Shown here: one piece after another, positions 9,030 through 17,924 of the stretch
Layout of the letters: every line of letters begins with the position of its first letter
Position numbering within the stretch: the first letter of the stretch is position 1
IMG/VR virus record: IMGVR_UViG_3300013009_000061
Span: 1-52,424 of that record
Reading direction: 5' to 3' (one strand)
Length of the DNA: 52,424 nucleotides
From: a virus
Lineage: Duplodnaviria; Caudoviricetes
Translations under genes and position numbers: made by a program
Notes under the pieces: model-generated
The model's input: only the letters and a program-made list of their open reading frames with translations
What the model was told of the DNA's origin: nothing
The model's database searches: none

Positions 9030-9841
9030 CCAGCATGTCAGTGACAGAACGTTGGCGTCACCACATCAATCACGCCGATTCGGCGCCGATAGACCATCCT
9101 TTTTACTCGGATGTCCGTAAGTACGGCCGAGATGCGTTCATGGTTGAGACGATTCGCTCTGGATTGGGCTTCACCGAAGCCCGTAAGGCGGAACGTGCAC
9201 TCATCGCTGTCACCCCAGAGCACTTGCGTTACAACCTCTCTCCAGGCGGAGCGGAAGACGCGAAATTCGGCGGAATCGTGTTCTGGGAAAGGCTCAATGC
9301 GGATCCGGAAGCCCGACAGATTTTCCTGCAAAAGCTTTCAGAGGTAAAGAAGGCGCGCGATTGGTCAGACTATGAGTCCATGTCTGAGGCTGCGGAATCC
9401 TGGCGCAAGGAACATCCCAAAGAAGCGTACAGGCTCGCGTACCGGGCCATCCGCCTGGCACGCAAAGCTCGACCGCAGCCTGTTCGCAAGGAAGATACAC
9501 GTCCTCTGAAGGAGCGGCTCATGTGGAAGCACAAGCGCTCAGAGATGACGCGCAAGCATGCATTGGCGCAGTGGGCCCGCAGGACCGAAGCCGAACGCGT
9601 CGCAATCGGAGCAAAGATCTCCAAGAAACTGAAGAAACGAATGATGGATAAGGCGATCCTTCCTGATTTCAAGCAGGAAGAATGGCCGTTTGCAAAGGCT
9701 ACGGTTTTACGAAAGATGCGGCAGGGAATGTCGAGAGAAGAAATCATCGCAGACGCTATCAAGGTTGTCAGGCAACGCGGATCCCATTGGCGCGACGTAC
9801 AAGCCAAACTACAGGCCATGCGAAAAGAGGGGCATCTCTGA
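8966..9841 (+). CDS. Free-standing GIY-YIG homing endonuclease
   Basis: TVYRI...KQYIGVT...ERWRHH...AERALI...YNLSPGG; basic C-terminal DNA-binding region; own RBS (AGAAGGGGG) and GTG start. Confidence 0.85.
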   Translation: MERQFTVYRIIGPTGKQYIGVTSMSVTERWRHHINHADSAPIDHPFYSDVRKYGRDAFMVETIRSGLGFTEARKAERALIAVTPEHLRYNLSPGGAEDAKFGGIVFWERLNADPEARQIFLQKLSEVKKARDWSDYESMSEAAESWRKEHPKEAYRLAYRAIRLARKARPQPVRKEDTRPLKERLMWKHKRSEMTRKHALAQWARRTEAERVAIGAKISKKLKKRMMDKAILPDFKQEEWPFAKATVLRKMRQGMSREEIIADAIKVVRQRGSHWRDVQAKLQAMRKEGHL

Positions 9842-10911
9842 TGCGAACGTACGACATCATCAATGCAGGACCGAAGAACAGGTTCATGGCAAACGGCCGG
9901 ATTGTATCAAACTCAGGGCGGCTCATCCAACCCCAAAATCTGCCAAGAAATCACTTGGATTGCATGTCCTTGGCACGAGACCTCGTCAAGGCGCGCAAGC
10001 TTGATGCCATCCGAGTGATCTACGGCAACCTAGCGGACACACTCTCGCAGCTCACGAGGACTGCGCTCATCCCGTCTCCAGGACACCTCTTCGTCGTCGC
10101 CGACTTCTCCGCTATCGAAGCACGCATCACCGCATGGCTAGCGGGCGAAGAGTGGGTGCTCGAAGTCTTTCGGACGCACGGCAAGATTTACGAGGCCACG
10201 GCTGCGCAGATGTTCGGCGTGCCGCTAGAGCGGATTGTCAAAGGCAACCCGGAATACGAGCTGAGGCAGAAGGGCAAGGTCGCGACTCTCGCACTTGGGT
10301 ACGGCGGCGGTTCAGGAGCGCTCATCAACATGGGCGCGTTGAAACAAGGTCTCACAGAGGATGAACTGCCTGAGATCGTACAACGCTGGCGTGCCGCCAA
10401 CCGGCGCATCGTTGGCCTCTGGTACACCGTTGAAAACGCCGCGCTTGAAGTGATGCGCACGGGACAAGCCGTCGGTGTACGAGGGCTCATCTTCGCACGA
10501 GAGGGCGACGGACAGCAGGACTGGCTCACCGTACGGCTACCGAGTGGTCGCAAGCTCTATTACGCGAAACCCGCTATCGAGCTCAACGACCGCGGGAACG
10601 AACAGCTAAGTTACCAGGGCACCACGATGAAAGGCGGCAAACCGGAGAGGACGTCGACGTGGGGCGGGAAGCTCGTCGAGAACTTGGTGCAGTCCATCGC
10701 CCGCGACTGTCTGGCGGTGTCGCTCATGCGACTTGCCGCGGCAGGCTACAAGATCGCGTTTCATGTGCATGACGAAATCGTGCTTGATGTACCGGCTGAA
10801 CAAGCAGACGTCGATGCGGTGACGACCATCATGGGACAACCCATCGACTGGGCGCCAGGGCTACCGCTTAAAGCCGAGGGCTTCGTTTGCGAGTACTACC
10901 GAAAGGATTGA
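9841..10911 (+). CDS. Split-intein C-fragment (24 aa) fused to DNA polymerase family A C-terminal half
   Basis: MRTYDIINAGPKNRFMANGRIVSN/S (blocks F,G) then SGRLIQPQNLPR, motif A ADFSAIEAR, motif B RQKGKVATLALGYG, motif C HVHDE; ATG overlaps endonuclease TGA, GAGGGG RBS. Confidence 0.9.
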   Translation: MRTYDIINAGPKNRFMANGRIVSNSGRLIQPQNLPRNHLDCMSLARDLVKARKLDAIRVIYGNLADTLSQLTRTALIPSPGHLFVVADFSAIEARITAWLAGEEWVLEVFRTHGKIYEATAAQMFGVPLERIVKGNPEYELRQKGKVATLALGYGGGSGALINMGALKQGLTEDELPEIVQRWRAANRRIVGLWYTVENAALEVMRTGQAVGVRGLIFAREGDGQQDWLTVRLPSGRKLYYAKPAIELNDRGNEQLSYQGTTMKGGKPERTSTWGGKLVENLVQSIARDCLAVSLMRLAAAGYKIAFHVHDEIVLDVPAEQADVDAVTTIMGQPIDWAPGLPLKAEGFVCEYYRKD

Positions 10912-11014
10912 GGACCTTGCATGAAACCTGCTTCTACTGCGGCCGCGCGACCGAAGAGCCTCTTAATCGATACGGCGTACACGACTATTGCTGCTACGAA
11001 CAGGAGGACGACAC

Positions 11015-11251
11015 ATGCGAGACACCGCGCTCACAGTGGGCCAGCGAATCATCGCCATGGACTGTCTCGGCATCGGGCCGCGTGCTGGATATCGCTACGT
11101 GGGCGGCACCATCGAATACCTCTCTCCTCGAGGCTGGGCAACCGTAATGCTCGATTTTGGATATCGGGAGTGCTTCTGGCTGGAGGAACTCGAGCCTGTG
11201 GAGGAGGCGGCACCATGGGAGAACTGTGGGAACGTGCTTTACGCGCCTTAA
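11015..11251 (+). CDS. Small hypothetical protein (SH3-like)
   Basis: AGGAGG RBS; LTVGQRI...GTIEYL...YRECFWLEELEPV. Confidence 0.55.
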   Translation: MRDTALTVGQRIIAMDCLGIGPRAGYRYVGGTIEYLSPRGWATVMLDFGYRECFWLEELEPVEEAAPWENCGNVLYAP

Positions 11252-11553
11252 AGGCACGCGTTGATGCCGGCGAACTCGACCCTGAAGACGTCATCACACG
11301 GTTGACCGATACCATCCTGCACCCAGAATCCCCTACATACGACCCGGTCAACCATCCTCGTCACTACGTAACCGGCGGTATCGAGACGATCGACTTCATC
11401 GAGGCAAAGCTCGGCCCGGAACGGTTTGAGGGCTATTGCATTGGCAACGCCATCAAGTATCTCTCACGTTATCAGCACAAGGGCGGCAAGGAAGACCTTC
11501 AAAAGGCCGTTTGGTACCTCAACCGCATCATCGAAAGGAGCCAAGAAGTATGA
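11215..11553 (+). CDS. DUF3310 domain protein
   Basis: DPVNHPRHY..GGIETIDFI...GNAIKYLSRYQHKGGKEDLQKAVWYL. Confidence 0.85.
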   Translation: MGELWERALRALKARVDAGELDPEDVITRLTDTILHPESPTYDPVNHPRHYVTGGIETIDFIEAKLGPERFEGYCIGNAIKYLSRYQHKGGKEDLQKAVWYLNRIIERSQEV

Positions 11554-12638
11554 CGACGACCACTGATCTGACCCTTGAAATCACGAAACCCATTCTCGAC
11601 GCCATGAAAACCGCCGCGCGGTTCGCGCCGAAGAAATACCCCGTACACGCCTATGAATACATCCGTGTCACCGCAAAAGGTGGGGACCTGATCATCGAAG
11701 CCGCAAATAGCGACGCGTACTACCGTCGGACCCTCTTCATGCCGGATGTAACGGTGCCCTCACCGACGGCCGCGGTACTACATCGCGATGTACTCCTGAA
11801 CACCAAGGCACCGACCACCTTGCAATTCGGCGACCGCCCGCGCTTGGGCCCGATGGTGCTTTGCCCTGATATCTTACCTGAGGACTTCCCGTCAGCCCCG
11901 CCGAAGGCGACAAGCGAAGCCGTGAATTGTGGTGCGGCTTACTTTCACGCGCTTGAACGCGCCGCACTTTCCGCATCGAAGTCAAAGGTTCGCCCAGTGC
12001 TGCAAGGCATCTGCCATCGCGGAAATGCAATGTTTGCCTCAGACGGCCTGTGCGCGTATTGGGCGAAAACAGATCAGTCCTGGCCGCAAGATCTCGTTTT
12101 ACCTGCCTCGTACGCGGCGACACTCGGGAAACTATTCGCGCGGTCAGGAGCATACATGGCCTGGAACGACTCACACATCTGGTATTGGGGCAACGGGCAT
12201 CAGATCGCAATTCGGCCTCTTGTACGCCCTGTGGATGGGCGACATTATCCCGATGTCGAAGGGGTCTTTCCACGATCAACACCGATTGCGAGCGGCACGC
12301 TTGATCGCAAAGCGTGGATGCAGGCACTCGATTCTGTGATCTCGCTCTATAAGTCGGTCAAACGCCGTGATCTCGAATTCCGGATGACCATCGAGGGATT
12401 CATCGGAAAAGCCGTCATCTGTGCACGTGTGGAGGGACATGAACTGCAACAGGAAGTACCCTGTCAAGCCAGCGTGTCCTTCTGGCTACGGATCAACGCG
12501 CAGTTGCTCCATCAGGCGCTACAACAGTTGGATGACAGTAACGAAGTCGAATTCGAATTTTACGGTTCGGAGACGCCGTTTCTACTCTCGCAACGTAACG
12601 GACAACGCAAAGCCTTGATCGCGGTCATGACCAAGTGA
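11550..12638 (+). CDS. DNA polymerase III beta-clamp-like protein
   Basis: ~362 aa; SKSKVRPVLQGI, ASDG, GRHYPDVEGVFP, INAQLLHQAL...PFLL...ALIAVM resemble DnaN repeats. Confidence 0.7.
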   Translation: MTTTTDLTLEITKPILDAMKTAARFAPKKYPVHAYEYIRVTAKGGDLIIEAANSDAYYRRTLFMPDVTVPSPTAAVLHRDVLLNTKAPTTLQFGDRPRLGPMVLCPDILPEDFPSAPPKATSEAVNCGAAYFHALERAALSASKSKVRPVLQGICHRGNAMFASDGLCAYWAKTDQSWPQDLVLPASYAATLGKLFARSGAYMAWNDSHIWYWGNGHQIAIRPLVRPVDGRHYPDVEGVFPRSTPIASGTLDRKAWMQALDSVISLYKSVKRRDLEFRMTIEGFIGKAVICARVEGHELQQEVPCQASVSFWLRINAQLLHQALQQLDDSNEVEFEFYGSETPFLLSQRNGQRKALIAVMTK

Positions 12639-12838
12639 GGTGGGACGCAATGGGCACTCCCGTCACTTCCGATGTCGTCATCGTCGAAGCTCGCCCGCTA
12701 AAGATGCACAAAGGCTTGCCCACGGTCATCGAGCTCACGTATGTCGTCGGTCAACAGGTCCACGTGCTCGACTACATCCTGCGTCACCCCGACCAGGGCA
12801 AAGCCCGACCTCGCAGACACGAGGTGGACAAGCCATGA
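12635..12838 (+). CDS. Small hypothetical protein
   Basis: Coupled between neighbours; KMHKGLPTVIE...YILRHPDQ. Confidence 0.5.
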   Translation: MRWDAMGTPVTSDVVIVEARPLKMHKGLPTVIELTYVVGQQVHVLDYILRHPDQGKARPRRHEVDKP

Positions 12839-13650
12839 CGTATCGGAACTATCATCGCACACTCGCCGGTACCCCGGTCCCACGTGCGGACCGGGAACGC
12901 GCGGCAGAGCAATCCAGCGAAATGGTGGTGTATCACATGAGCAAAGCCGAGATGGAAGCCTATCTCGAGGAGCGATACGGGAAAAAGCGCAAGGACAAGC
13001 CTGAACCTACACAAGAGGCGTACCTCGCATTACGCCTGAATGGCAGAGGCCGAGCACAGGCCATTCGAGAGCTCTTCAACTCGCACAGTCAGGGCTATCA
13101 GGCGCTCGAACGGTGGGGGCTGAAAGACAAGCATGCGGAGGCAGCTGCGCTCGACGAGATGCGTCGCCGATTCACTGCCAAGACGGGCGAAGTGGCGCCG
13201 GCCGTCGAAGCAAACAGCACGGCGGAAGGCCTCGACACACAAGACCATGCACAAGATGCCGCGCGCGTTGAGGCACAAGAGGAAACCCCTGATGAACCCG
13301 AAGCCGAGCCATCGATTACCTTCACCCTCGTGTGCCACGAGGACATGGCGCGGACGGTGCTTGAGGCGCTCATCGAAGACGTACACGTCACCGCGCGCAG
13401 CAAAGGCTGGCACGATACCGAAACGCCGTTGCCGGTGCATCTCGCGCTCATTCACTCCGAGGTCAGCGAAGCGCTCGAAGCGGACCGCAAAGGTTTTGGC
13501 ACTGACCTAGTGGCCGAGGAGCTCGCTGATGTCGTCATCCGTACGTTCGACACCGCCGCCGCGCACGGGCTGAAACTCGCGGATGCGCTCCTCGCCAAGA
13601 TGGCGCGAAACAAGGCACGGGCGTATCGTCACGGCGGTCGGAAGTACTGA
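12835..13650 (+). CDS. MazG-like NTP pyrophosphohydrolase with N-terminal extension
   Basis: C-terminal KGWHD...LALIHSEVSEALEADRK...AEELADVVIR...KMARNKARAYRHG. Confidence 0.8.
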   Translation: MTYRNYHRTLAGTPVPRADRERAAEQSSEMVVYHMSKAEMEAYLEERYGKKRKDKPEPTQEAYLALRLNGRGRAQAIRELFNSHSQGYQALERWGLKDKHAEAAALDEMRRRFTAKTGEVAPAVEANSTAEGLDTQDHAQDAARVEAQEETPDEPEAEPSITFTLVCHEDMARTVLEALIEDVHVTARSKGWHDTETPLPVHLALIHSEVSEALEADRKGFGTDLVAEELADVVIRTFDTAAAHGLKLADALLAKMARNKARAYRHGGRKY

Positions 13651-14207
13651 TGGCGTCATCAACGCCGCGAGCGGGAGGAAAAGGCGCAATGAGCGCAACG
13701 AACCGCGACACAGCAAGACGCGAGTATGATGCGTACCAAACGCCGCGATGGGTCATTGCAGCCCTGTTGGACAAGATCGGGCCACTAGTACACGGCAAGA
13801 CAATCCTTGAGCCGTGCGCCGGAAAGGGTGAGATCGTTCGAGCACTTCAAGACCGCGGCGCGGTGGTGACAGCCTACGATATTCAATCCGGGACTGACTT
13901 TCTGACGATGGACTGTGCCGGTATGCACTGGGACTGGTGCATCACCAACCCGCCGTACCGATACGCGCAGGAGTTCATTGAGAAAGCAATGAGCGTAGCC
14001 GACGAAGTTGTGATGTTGCTCCGTCTAGGTTTCCTTGCAGGGCAAAAACGAAAGGACTGGTGGCAAGTCAATAGACCGAAAGTTGTTTACGTCTTGTCCA
14101 AACGCCCAAGCTTCACTGGACGAGGAACCGACAGCGCGGATTATGCGTGGGTGTTATGGAGGCCAAGACGGCACGACACGTCTTGCACGCTTCTGGAATG
14201 GATGTGA
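13650..14207 (+). CDS. Orphan amino (likely N6-adenine) DNA methyltransferase
   Basis: YQTP, ILEPCAGKG (SAM binding), ITNPPY catalytic motif. Confidence 0.85.
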   Translation: MASSTPRAGGKGAMSATNRDTARREYDAYQTPRWVIAALLDKIGPLVHGKTILEPCAGKGEIVRALQDRGAVVTAYDIQSGTDFLTMDCAGMHWDWCITNPPYRYAQEFIEKAMSVADEVVMLLRLGFLAGQKRKDWWQVNRPKVVYVLSKRPSFTGRGTDSADYAWVLWRPRRHDTSCTLLEWM

Positions 14208-14221
14208 GGGGGGCTAGAAAC

Positions 14222-14485
14222 ATGAACGGACAGCTAGCGCCTGGCACAAGAGTTCGATGGTTCATCCGACACCGCGACGAGCGAATGCAGATGACGGGCT
14301 CCGTCATCGCGTTCGTGCCCGCAGGACATGCGGCACTAGCATACACACCAAAGGGAACGCCGAGCGACTGGCTTAAGGCCAAGAATATGGCGAAGGTGGA
14401 CAGGTATCTCGTAGAAGTACGCCCGTCATTAAACGTTTGGTTGTACTACTGCCCGCGCGCGTCACAAGTAGAAATCGATGAATAA
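14222..14485 (+). CDS. Hypothetical protein
   Basis: GAGGGGG RBS, ATG 14222. Confidence 0.55.
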   Translation: MNGQLAPGTRVRWFIRHRDERMQMTGSVIAFVPAGHAALAYTPKGTPSDWLKAKNMAKVDRYLVEVRPSLNVWLYYCPRASQVEIDE

Positions 14486-14564
14486 CCGAGGGAATGCATT
14501 TCGCGAAACGTCATACGAGCCGTCAGCGCTGATCCGTTGGCGGCTCAACCTAGGAGTGAGACGG

Positions 14565-14855
14565 ATGAAAGTCTACATAGCGGGCCCCATGACCGGGCTA
14601 CCCGACTACAACTATCCCGCGTTCTTTCGCGCTGCGGAAGTCATCCGCGCGTTGGGTGATGAGCCGCTGAACCCCGCGGAAGGCATGATCGACCTGCATC
14701 AACCGTGGGCCTGGTGCATGCGACGGGCGCTACGGTTGTTACTCGACGCAGACGCTGTAGCAATGCTGCCGGGGTGGCAATCCTCCCGCGGTGCACGGCT
14801 TGAGTATGTGATCGCACAGCAGCTCGGCATGCCCGTCATCGAACTGGACGAATGA
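14565..14855 (+). CDS. DUF4406 (nucleoside deoxyribosyltransferase-like) protein
   Basis: KVYIAGPMTGLPDYNYPAF...LNPA...MLPGWQSSRGARLE. Confidence 0.85.
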   Translation: MKVYIAGPMTGLPDYNYPAFFRAAEVIRALGDEPLNPAEGMIDLHQPWAWCMRRALRLLLDADAVAMLPGWQSSRGARLEYVIAQQLGMPVIELDE

Positions 14856-14859
14856 GGAT

Positions 14860-17445
14860 GTGATGGCGATGCAATACGACAAGCTTCTCACCATCGCAGC
14901 GGCAGGCAGTCGCAAGGCCACGCATTGGCCGGCCCAGCAAATCTACTGGTCTGAGCTCGTCGAACGCTTGCGCGTGCCGGTGCGAGGTACGGAGACGCTC
15001 GAGCAATATCTCCAGCTCCCAAAGGCCCAACAGGACGATCTGAAGGACGTGGGCGGCTTTGTCGGCGGCTGGTTCCACGGAGACCGCCGCAAGGCCGCGA
15101 ACGTAGCAGGGCGGGATCTCATCACCCTCGACCTCGACCATATCCCCGCGGGCGCCACGGACGACGTCCTGCGCCGGCTGGAGGCACTCGGGTGCGCCTA
15201 CGTCGTCTACAGCACCCGCAAGCACGAACCGGCGAAACCTCGCCTGCGCGCGCTCTTCCCGCTCAGCCGCACGGCGACGGCAGATGAATATGAGCCGGTC
15301 GCGCGGAAGCTCGCGTCCATTCTCGGCATTGAGCTATGCGACCCGACGACGTTTGAGGCCTCACGGCTCATGTACTGGCCGTCCTGTTGCGCCGACAGCC
15401 AGTACGTCTTCCACTACGGAGACAAGCCGTTCGTCGACACGGACGGCCTCCTGGCGCTCTACGTCAACTGGCGAGATGTGTCGGAGTGGCCGCAGGTACC
15501 AGGCGTACATGACGCGCAGGTGAAGCGCGCGGCGAAGCAGGCCGATCCCACGACGAAGACAGGCATCGTCGGTGCGTTCTGCAAAGTCTATGACATCTAC
15601 AGCGCGATGGATAAGTACCTCCCTGGGGTATACGAGCCGACCGAACACCCGGACCGTTATACCTACACTGGCGGCACGACGACCGGCGGCGCCATCGTGT
15701 ACGACAACGGGTTGTATCTATACTCCCACCATGCCACGGATCCAGTCAGCGGTCGACTCGTGAACGCATGGGATCTTGTGCGGCTACACAAGTTCGGCGA
15801 CCTCGACGATGACGCGGCGCCCGGCACACCGCCTGCAAAGCTGCCCAGCTGGTCCGCCATGCGACAGCTCGCCATCCAGGACCCGGACGTCATGGCGGTG
15901 CTCGATGCGGAGCGTTACGCCCAGGTGCGCGAGGCGTTCGCGGACGAGACGACCGCTACCGCTGAGACGCCGGCAACTGAAGTGAGCGTTTCGGGAGCAC
16001 CCGCAGAGACGCCTGCTGAGACGGACCTCAGTTGGCTGAGGAAGCTGAAGCGCAACCCAAACACCGGCGCTCCGGAGAAGAGCGCGTACAACGTGCAGGT
16101 GGTCCTTGAGAACGACCCCGCGCTCAAGGGACGTATCTATCTGGACACGTTTGCGGACCGCATCATGGGCATCGCACCGCTCCCGTGGGGCATGCGAAAA
16201 GAACAGCGCGGCGAATTCGTGTGGAGCGATTACGATGACGACGGTTTGTGCGTGTATCTGGAGCTCCTGTTGAACACATCAAACGCCAATCTCGTTCGCA
16301 TGGCACTTCGGGATCACGCGGCCAAACACCAGCGAAACCCGGTGGCAGAATATCTGAACAGCTTGCAATGGGACGGCACACCGCGACTCGATACGCTACT
16401 GATTGACTATCTGGGCGCGGAAGACTGTGCGTTCATACGCACGATCACCCGGAAACTGTTCGTCGCGGCCGTGGCGCGCGCGATGACGGATGAGGGCGTC
16501 AAGTTCGACAACATGATCGTCGTCTGTGGGCCGCAGCGAATCGGAAAGAGCACCTTGTTTCGAAAGCTCGGGAAGCGATGGTTTTCCGACAGCATTCGAA
16601 GTTTTGAAGGCAAAGAGGCAGAAGAGCTGATTCAAGGACGTTGGATTGTCGAGATCGCTGAACTCCAAGCGTTTAACAAGACGGACATCAACCGTATCAA
16701 ACAGTTTCTAAGCAAGATTGATGACCAATATCGAGCTGCGTATGGACGACACGTCAAAACCCAGGTACGTCGGTGCGTGTTTGTGGGAACGACCAATGAT
16801 CATGAATATCTACGCGACCCGACTGGGAATCGGAGATTCTGGCCTGTTGACGCCATGGTCCAACCCCCAACGAAATCTGTGTTTGCGGATTTAGACCAGG
16901 AAGTCGACCAGATTTGGGCCGAAGCCGTGATTCGTTGGCGCACTGGGGAGCCAGTATTTCTGACCGAAGAGATGGAGCATGAAGCCGACAGACGCCGAGA
17001 ATCGCATATGGAATCGGACCCGCTGCAAGGGCAGATTGAGGAGTTTCTGAGTAAACCGATACCTGAGGACTGGATGAAGTGGGGACTCGGTCGACGGCTC
17101 ATGTATTGGGGAGGCGAAATGCAGACCGACCACCTCAAACTCGTCCCACGTGACCGCGTATGCGCCTTAGAGATTTGGAGGGAATGCTTAAACGAACGGC
17201 GCACCATGACCAAAGCGGACGCGAAACGGATCAACGATATCCTGCAACGGATGCCGGGATGGGAACGGGCGAAGCCGTTGAATTTCGGAGCCGGATACGG
17301 CAACCAAAGAGGGTTCAAACGAGTAACACATTACCTCATTGCCCATAACATTCCTGACCTACATTCGCCCGTTTCGCCTACATTCCCTCAAAAAGGAAAA
17401 CTACATTCTCTACAAGAAGAAGGGGAATGTAGGCAGGGAATGTAG
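14860..17445 (+). CDS. Primase-helicase (VirE/virulence-associated E family)
   Basis: N-terminal KDVGGFVGG, LDLD, YSTRKH; C-terminal Walker A GPQRIGKST, EIAEL, GTTN, DPTGNRRFWPV. Confidence 0.9.
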   Translation: MMAMQYDKLLTIAAAGSRKATHWPAQQIYWSELVERLRVPVRGTETLEQYLQLPKAQQDDLKDVGGFVGGWFHGDRRKAANVAGRDLITLDLDHIPAGATDDVLRRLEALGCAYVVYSTRKHEPAKPRLRALFPLSRTATADEYEPVARKLASILGIELCDPTTFEASRLMYWPSCCADSQYVFHYGDKPFVDTDGLLALYVNWRDVSEWPQVPGVHDAQVKRAAKQADPTTKTGIVGAFCKVYDIYSAMDKYLPGVYEPTEHPDRYTYTGGTTTGGAIVYDNGLYLYSHHATDPVSGRLVNAWDLVRLHKFGDLDDDAAPGTPPAKLPSWSAMRQLAIQDPDVMAVLDAERYAQVREAFADETTATAETPATEVSVSGAPAETPAETDLSWLRKLKRNPNTGAPEKSAYNVQVVLENDPALKGRIYLDTFADRIMGIAPLPWGMRKEQRGEFVWSDYDDDGLCVYLELLLNTSNANLVRMALRDHAAKHQRNPVAEYLNSLQWDGTPRLDTLLIDYLGAEDCAFIRTITRKLFVAAVARAMTDEGVKFDNMIVVCGPQRIGKSTLFRKLGKRWFSDSIRSFEGKEAEELIQGRWIVEIAELQAFNKTDINRIKQFLSKIDDQYRAAYGRHVKTQVRRCVFVGTTNDHEYLRDPTGNRRFWPVDAMVQPPTKSVFADLDQEVDQIWAEAVIRWRTGEPVFLTEEMEHEADRRRESHMESDPLQGQIEEFLSKPIPEDWMKWGLGRRLMYWGGEMQTDHLKLVPRDRVCALEIWRECLNERRTMTKADAKRINDILQRMPGWERAKPLNFGAGYGNQRGFKRVTHYLIAHNIPDLHSPVSPTFPQKGKLHSLQEEGECRQGM

Positions 17446-17605
17446 GCCGAAAAACCTAGTCGTAGCAAGGATAAATACGTATTACCTACATTCTCTACAT
17501 CATCAATATAAAACAGTACGTAAATAAGGATTTATAGATGCAAATGGAGCTTATAGAGTCTATAAATCCTTTAATTTCGAGTGCTCTATACGCGCGTACG
17601 CGCGT
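17346..17605. repeat. Putative replication origin: CTACATTC iterons, AT-rich tract, palindrome
   Basis: CTACATTC at ~17359, 17378, 17401, 17486; inverted GAATGTAGG at 17425, 17438; AT-rich 17500-17580; 16-bp palindrome ACGCGCGTACGCGCGT 17590-17605. Confidence 0.6.
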
Positions 17606-17623
17606 GTAGGCGAACCGGAGAAG

Positions 17624-17917
17624 GTGAACGAGATGGTCCTTGAACGCGACATCGAGGCCTACCTGCGTAAGCGCGTGGATGCGTTGGGTGGACGAGCCTA
17701 TAAATTCGTCTCGCCGGGGAACGCCGGCGTCCCTGACCGCCTGGTCCTCTTGCCTGGCGGCAGAGTGGTGTTCGTGGAGCTGAAGGCACCGGGGCGGCGG
17801 CCGACGCCGCTCCAGATGGTGCAGCAGGAGCGGATCCGTGCGCTGGGGTTCGATGTGAGGGTGATTGACAGCTGTGAGGCTGTGGACGAGCTTATCCGAG
17901 AGTACAAGGGGAGGTGA
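17624..17917 (+). CDS. VRR-NUC domain nuclease
   Basis: ERDIE, KFVSPGNAGVPDR, FVELKAPG...LQ. Confidence 0.9.
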   Translation: MNEMVLERDIEAYLRKRVDALGGRAYKFVSPGNAGVPDRLVLLPGGRVVFVELKAPGRRPTPLQMVQQERIRALGFDVRVIDSCEAVDELIREYKGR

Positions 17918-17924
17918 CGCACAC

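Noticed and set aside
9682-9840. Upstream extension of the polymerase C-half in the ORF track
   Set aside because: It overlaps the GIY-YIG gene and has no intein or polymerase similarity; the ATG at 9841 has an RBS and stop-start coupling.
7743-10911. Polymerase as a frameshifted pseudogene
   Set aside because: All catalytic motifs are intact, each ORF has its own RBS/start, and the breaks coincide with intein termini.
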